Below are positions 25,025 to 29,438 of a stretch of DNA of 29,438 bases, one piece after another. The stretch spans positions 1-29,438 of the IMG/VR virus record IMGVR_UViG_3300030372_003823. One strand, given 5' to 3'. The stretch is from a virus. Lineage: Duplodnaviria > Caudoviricetes. Every line of letters begins with the position of its first letter. Within the stretch, counting starts at the first letter, position 1. The notes beneath the pieces were generated by a model, which ran no database searches, was not told the DNA's origin, and was given only the letters and a program-made list of their open reading frames with translations. The translations under genes and the position numbers were made by a program.

Positions 25025-26902
25025 TCAATCTGCCATTATGTCTTCAATAAATTCTATATAGGGAATTAAATCCCTTCTCATTTCGTCACCATTTTTAGAG
25101 TCAACCTTCATATTTTGTTTTATCTGTTCTCTAAGGGCTTCCAGATTTGTAGACAAATTTGGGTCAAGAGAAATAGTAACACCAAATTCTATATTGTTTA
25201 TATTTATGTTTTCAATTTGATCTCGTAACGATTTACGGGCATTTGCAACAATTTCTACTTTATTTTCCTCCATTATGCGGTTCATTTCGTTGTGTAGAAA
25301 TGTTCTTGTTTGGGTGGACTTATCTGTTGTATTGACCACCTCAAGAAAGTCTCTACTTACAGAATAATATGAATTACGTTTCATTAATTGAAATTCATTA
25401 GAGGTATCGGGATCATCACTTGTTTTATAGTGAAACTGTGCAAATTTTAATGCATTGCTAACGGCTTCATCTAGCCGACTTTCAGCCAATGAGTTTAGAA
25501 ATTTATAACCCGTTTCTGTTATAAAACTCTCTTTTTTTAGGAGTTGTTGCTGAATATCGCTCAATTTTAATGAGCCATTTACCAATCCGATTTGTAGAGT
25601 TATTAGGTTTTGTTCTGCAACTGGGTCACCCGTTTTGGCAAAAAAGGGTTTAGGAGCATCAAAGAAAAATGCCTCCATAGTGTCTAACTCAACTTGCGTA
25701 GCATTCGCAGTTTCTTTTAAAACTGTATGTAATAATTTCTGCGCCTCTAAACCAGATATTTCATCCTCTTCTCCAAAGTCATACTCATCAATAATGTATT
25801 TTGCAAAACTGTCTGTTCGATAAATTGGCATCAGGTTTTTTATTTCACTGCTACTATATGTATCTGTTTCATCAATCGTTACGAAGTTGTTATGTGTAGC
25901 TTCTTTAAATTCTGTATTAAGTTCTTCCTGACGATCAATAAATTTATTTACGTTGTCTTCGTATGAAATAGCCTCCTTAAATATTTTAGTCGCTATATCA
26001 TTTCTGTCACCCTCTGGTAGTTGCATTAATGTATACAACATATATTCCGCACCATTCCCGTAATTGGCTTGAAATTGTCCTATTGTTAGCGAAGTCTCTT
26101 CAACATTTTTAACGATAGTTGCAATATCGGATTCTGATAGTTGTGAATAATCAAGTGAGCCATCTTCTTTTCCATAGGCTTTTCGCAACTGTTCAATATA
26201 CATCATTGCATCTAATGTCGTTTCTAATTCTATTGCAGCCGCACTATCATTGCTGATAAAACTTCTTGTTACATTTTCAGCTATATTTCTTTGTGCGTTA
26301 TAGAGTTTTATTTTAAATTCATCTGTTTCACTTCTTGCACCTTCTTCGGCAAGGAACAAAGCAACCTTTTGGTTGTAATCATCTACTGTATTATAAGTAT
26401 TATTCAGATCGTTTTCTAAAGAAGTAAATTTTGCAGCACTTACAGTCTCAGATTCTGTTATGTTTGTCTGTGCTATTGCCCCTCTCAATGCAAATTTATT
26501 ATCGCTTTCACTAGCAAGAAAAGTTGCTTCAAATTTTTGCAAAGCATTTTTATTTTTACCAAGCCTGCTAAGAATATCCTTTTTTATTCTTTGCGTTTCT
26601 GAATTCCATTCTGGTTTATCACCATCAAGAATACCGCTTGTGTCTTGCCTTTGCGATAAATCAAACCTTAAATTTCGAAGCCTATCTTTTGCCTCAATGC
26701 TAAGTTTATCAAGTTTAAGCTGCTCTGCCATGTTGTAGCGATAGAGGGCATAATCCCCAATGCTGCTTGTTAATGCCTGACCGACTTTACCCTTGTCTAT
26801 TGCCGCCTGGACAAATGGCTGCGCTCTCTTTCGGGTCTGGAATGCACGACCAGGAGCCTCATTGGTTGCTTGAATACGCGATCTGTAAACTGGTATTCTC
26901 AT
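25025..26902 (-). CDS. Internal virion protein (gp15-position)
   Basis: 625 aa, acidic and helical, MRIPVY start; ATGA-coupled to the upstream gene. Confidence 0.55.
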   Translation of the reverse strand: MRIPVYRSRIQATNEAPGRAFQTRKRAQPFVQAAIDKGKVGQALTSSIGDYALYRYNMAEQLKLDKLSIEAKDRLRNLRFDLSQRQDTSGILDGDKPEWNSETQRIKKDILSRLGKNKNALQKFEATFLASESDNKFALRGAIAQTNITESETVSAAKFTSLENDLNNTYNTVDDYNQKVALFLAEEGARSETDEFKIKLYNAQRNIAENVTRSFISNDSAAAIELETTLDAMMYIEQLRKAYGKEDGSLDYSQLSESDIATIVKNVEETSLTIGQFQANYGNGAEYMLYTLMQLPEGDRNDIATKIFKEAISYEDNVNKFIDRQEELNTEFKEATHNNFVTIDETDTYSSSEIKNLMPIYRTDSFAKYIIDEYDFGEEDEISGLEAQKLLHTVLKETANATQVELDTMEAFFFDAPKPFFAKTGDPVAEQNLITLQIGLVNGSLKLSDIQQQLLKKESFITETGYKFLNSLAESRLDEAVSNALKFAQFHYKTSDDPDTSNEFQLMKRNSYYSVSRDFLEVVNTTDKSTQTRTFLHNEMNRIMEENKVEIVANARKSLRDQIENININNIEFGVTISLDPNLSTNLEALREQIKQNMKVDSKNGDEMRRDLIPYIEFIEDIMAD

Positions 26903-27426
26903 GCAAATACTCCCATCTGATCTGCCATCTTGGCGGTATCACCAAAAGATTTAATAAGAGAAGCGGTGCCTTGTGCCTGGAGAGAGGCTGCTTGTGCCCC
27001 ACCTTCCATCCGTGATAGTTCTGCCTGCAATCGACTATCCTCCTGGGCATCGGCTATCTGCATTTGCGTAATGGCATTGTTATAATCCATAACCTTCTGC
27101 TCGTACTCAAATTCCCTGGCATTCTGCTCTAAATTCATCTGCGTGGTGCCACTAGACATATCTATGCCAGCATAGGCGGTGTTTGCTCTTACCTCTCCTT
27201 GTATGGCTTCAAATGCGGATTTACCGCGTTGTTTCTCCATAGCCAGGTTCTGATTAATAAGATCGGACTGTTTTCCTAGAAGATCAACATTTCGCTCTAT
27301 GATGTCAGCATTAAACTCACCAACTTCTCTGGCTGCTTTAGCTGCACTGTCAGCAGCTGCTTTCTCTTGCAGACCACCAATAAGGTTCATTCCTAGAGAT
27401 ATTATTTCAAATGGGCCAAGTGCCAT
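26899..27426 (-). CDS. Small internal virion protein (gp14/P22 gp7-position)
   Basis: Hydrophobic N-terminus, Ala/Gln-rich helices, G...A..A..GID..SGT motif; follows tail tubular B. Confidence 0.65.
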   Translation of the reverse strand: MALGPFEIISLGMNLIGGLQEKAAADSAAKAAREVGEFNADIIERNVDLLGKQSDLINQNLAMEKQRGKSAFEAIQGEVRANTAYAGIDMSSGTTQMNLEQNAREFEYEQKVMDYNNAITQMQIADAQEDSRLQAELSRMEGGAQAASLQAQGTASLIKSFGDTAKMADQMGVFA

Positions 27427-27433
27427 TTCTCAC

Positions 27434-29437
27434 CTATATGTCAAATGTATTTAATCGCGGAAATAAGGCCAGAACCGTAAGAGGTAAAGCCTGCGTTTGC
27501 TGAAGATAGATCCTATCCTGGTCATCAAAACCGCCCGTAAATTCTATGTCTTTGTCACCCGTAAAAAGAGACACTGCGGTATCCATAGCCATTGAACTGT
27601 CTCTAAATGGTATACGTTCTACGGAACTTGAACTGGTGCCGACTTCAACACCTACGGTTTCAAATAACCTAACAGTCACCGCATGAATTCTCTTCGGCTT
27701 ACCTTGACTAGTTCCGTCAACCGATCCGCTTTCCAACCGTAATGTCTTCATACTGCTAGTAAAACCTAATCCCACGGCTGCCGTTGTTACACTAAAGTCC
27801 GTAGTAATACCGCCATCTGATACGGTTTTTGTTGCATGAGAGGCTCCATTACCCAACACCGAAGCCGTCTGCCCCTGGAGATGATATAATCCCGTTAGTG
27901 AAGTTGTTGCCGATCCAGAATAACTTAATCCGCTATCTACAAAGAATGATCCCGTTGCAGCTGAACCAAAGTCAAATGGTTTTAGTTTCTCCACATATCT
28001 TTTTGTAGCAGAATTTACTGTTCTCTTGACGATCATATAGAGATCATCTTCACCCGTATCTGTAGGTAATGTTGCTATACTTTCGACAACCGCGTTTCCA
28101 GAACTAAAGGCACCACCTAAAGTATGTTTATGCCAGGCGACAACTTGTTCTTCTCGTCTATATGTAAGACCTAGTAATGTGCCATCTGACCTAACGCACC
28201 ATACAATAGAGTCTGGTTCTTGTTGAAAGGCCAACACCTCAATACCGCCATCTGTTATATGCTCTGCCAGGATAGTCATGTCAGGAGCCTGATAGCCTGA
28301 CGCATCGACATCTCCGACATACTTAAATTCTCTTAACTTTCTGCCACCTCTTTGAAGGAATAGTGTAACATCGGCAACTTGAACGGGTGGAACTTGAGCC
28401 GATCCGTAGTTTGAATATTTACGAATAAGTGTAGTCGTTGGTGTAACTGGGCCGTCATTACTGGCAGTCACCACATATTCTCCACCTGATGTTCCGACAG
28501 TTAGCACCCTGGTAGCTGAGAGCCATCTGATACTATCCACTGTATTAGAGGCGATGGTGTAGATCAGTGAATCGTTGGCTCCAGTACCTACTGTAAAGTT
28601 TAAATAGTCTGCGTTTTTACTAAACCACAATGTCTGTGGATTATTGTTTGTGTTTCCGAATACCAACCTTTGCTCAAAGAAAGACACCACACTCGGATAA
28701 TTGTCACTACTTGCTAACCCAGGGGAGGGACTGCCAGATATACTGGCGGTGGCAAAAGTCCAATTATTGTGAGCAGAGCGTGTTAATGTCCTTATCGCAT
28801 AACTTGGATGTACTAAATACATCGTATCAGCAGATTGAGCGAAATTGACATTCGGAAGATGGGCTTCTGTGTAGGGTGACGCAACTTCATATATTTCTGT
28901 TGCCGTACCTCCAGAGGTATAAGTCGTGAAATCTGTTGTATTGATTGCCGTGCCGAATAGGTCAGTCAATGTAAAAGTATTTGTTGTGGAATTCGCTACA
29001 AGATAATTTCTCGCGTTTAATTCTGTCATACCGCCAACAGAGGCAATATAAATTTCATCGCCATTTGAAAAACCATGTGAATTTGAAGTAATTACACCAG
29101 GGTTCGCTTTGGTTGCAGCCGTAATATTCTTTGCCGAACTATTTAAAACCTGAGATCCGTTTCGAATAACTCGCATCGTCTGGTCTCCGAATACCAGAAT
29201 ATAGGTGTCCGTAGTTTTGAATTGAAAAGGTATTAGTCTGTTTTTAACAGAACTGGACTTTACTTCTCCAATAAATTCCGTGCCTGGTCTTCTTGTTGCA
29301 CCTCCTTGAGGCAATACAATCATATTTGTGAGGTCTGCTAATCCCGTCTGGTACTTCTCCAGGGTTACCCGTCCTTCCAATCGTGGAGATAATTCCCCAC
29401 TTACGAAGGCAGATATGGATGGCGCAGATCGTGCCAT
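27434..29437 (-). CDS. Tail tubular protein B / head stabilisation protein (T7 gp12, P22 gp10-like) with an inserted beta domain
   Basis: F.SGELSP.L.GR, N.IV..QGG..RRPGT, AQSAD, YPS.V.FFEQRL, QVVAWH.H. The inserted ITA.T.ANP.V...HG...GD segment is a phage beta-sandwich module. Confidence 0.88.
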   Translation of the reverse strand: MARSAPSISAFVSGELSPRLEGRVTLEKYQTGLADLTNMIVLPQGGATRRPGTEFIGEVKSSSVKNRLIPFQFKTTDTYILVFGDQTMRVIRNGSQVLNSSAKNITAATKANPGVITSNSHGFSNGDEIYIASVGGMTELNARNYLVANSTTNTFTLTDLFGTAINTTDFTTYTSGGTATEIYEVASPYTEAHLPNVNFAQSADTMYLVHPSYAIRTLTRSAHNNWTFATASISGSPSPGLASSDNYPSVVSFFEQRLVFGNTNNNPQTLWFSKNADYLNFTVGTGANDSLIYTIASNTVDSIRWLSATRVLTVGTSGGEYVVTASNDGPVTPTTTLIRKYSNYGSAQVPPVQVADVTLFLQRGGRKLREFKYVGDVDASGYQAPDMTILAEHITDGGIEVLAFQQEPDSIVWCVRSDGTLLGLTYRREEQVVAWHKHTLGGAFSSGNAVVESIATLPTDTGEDDLYMIVKRTVNSATKRYVEKLKPFDFGSAATGSFFVDSGLSYSGSATTSLTGLYHLQGQTASVLGNGASHATKTVSDGGITTDFSVTTAAVGLGFTSSMKTLRLESGSVDGTSQGKPKRIHAVTVRLFETVGVEVGTSSSSVERIPFRDSSMAMDTAVSLFTGDKDIEFTGGFDDQDRIYLQQTQALPLTVLALFPRLNTFDI

Positions 29438-29438
29438 A

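Noticed and set aside
14174-28848. Plus-strand and nested short ORFs across the structural region
   Set aside because: Antisense or alternate-frame shadows of long minus-strand genes with no recognisable motifs.

Overview
The window is about 29.4 kb of a temperate, podovirus-like tailed phage in its non-integrated (attP-intact) state. The gene families resemble marine alphaproteobacterial phages (inference). Left to right it holds: the 5' part of terL and an Sf6/P22-type terS; a DUF6362-like putative late regulator, DUF6378-like protein, N6-adenine methyltransferase, VRR-NUC nuclease and Cro; a divergent winged-helix gene, two small ORFs and an XRE repressor; an exonuclease/SSAP/SSB-like recombination module; xis and a convergent tyrosine integrase; attP carrying the 5' half of tRNA-Leu(TAG); a multi-gene lysis cassette; two tail fibre/receptor-binding proteins; four probable ejection proteins; and tail tubular protein B. 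The strongest unexpected signal is a second integrase-type site between terS and terL. It has the same core arms (ACGCACTAGA-N7-TCTAGTGG) and the same GTAGCACAA arm-site pair as attP, but a different 7-bp overlap, which suggests an orthogonal loxP-like circularisation or resolution site. Other signals: an ejection protein with an HhH-GPD-like C-terminal domain and a small acidic partner gene, two related promoter-terminator units, a 17-bp operator family, iteron-like repeats with no recognisable replication genes, and an EF-hand membrane protein in the lysis cassette. Family names come from motif recall, not from database searches.
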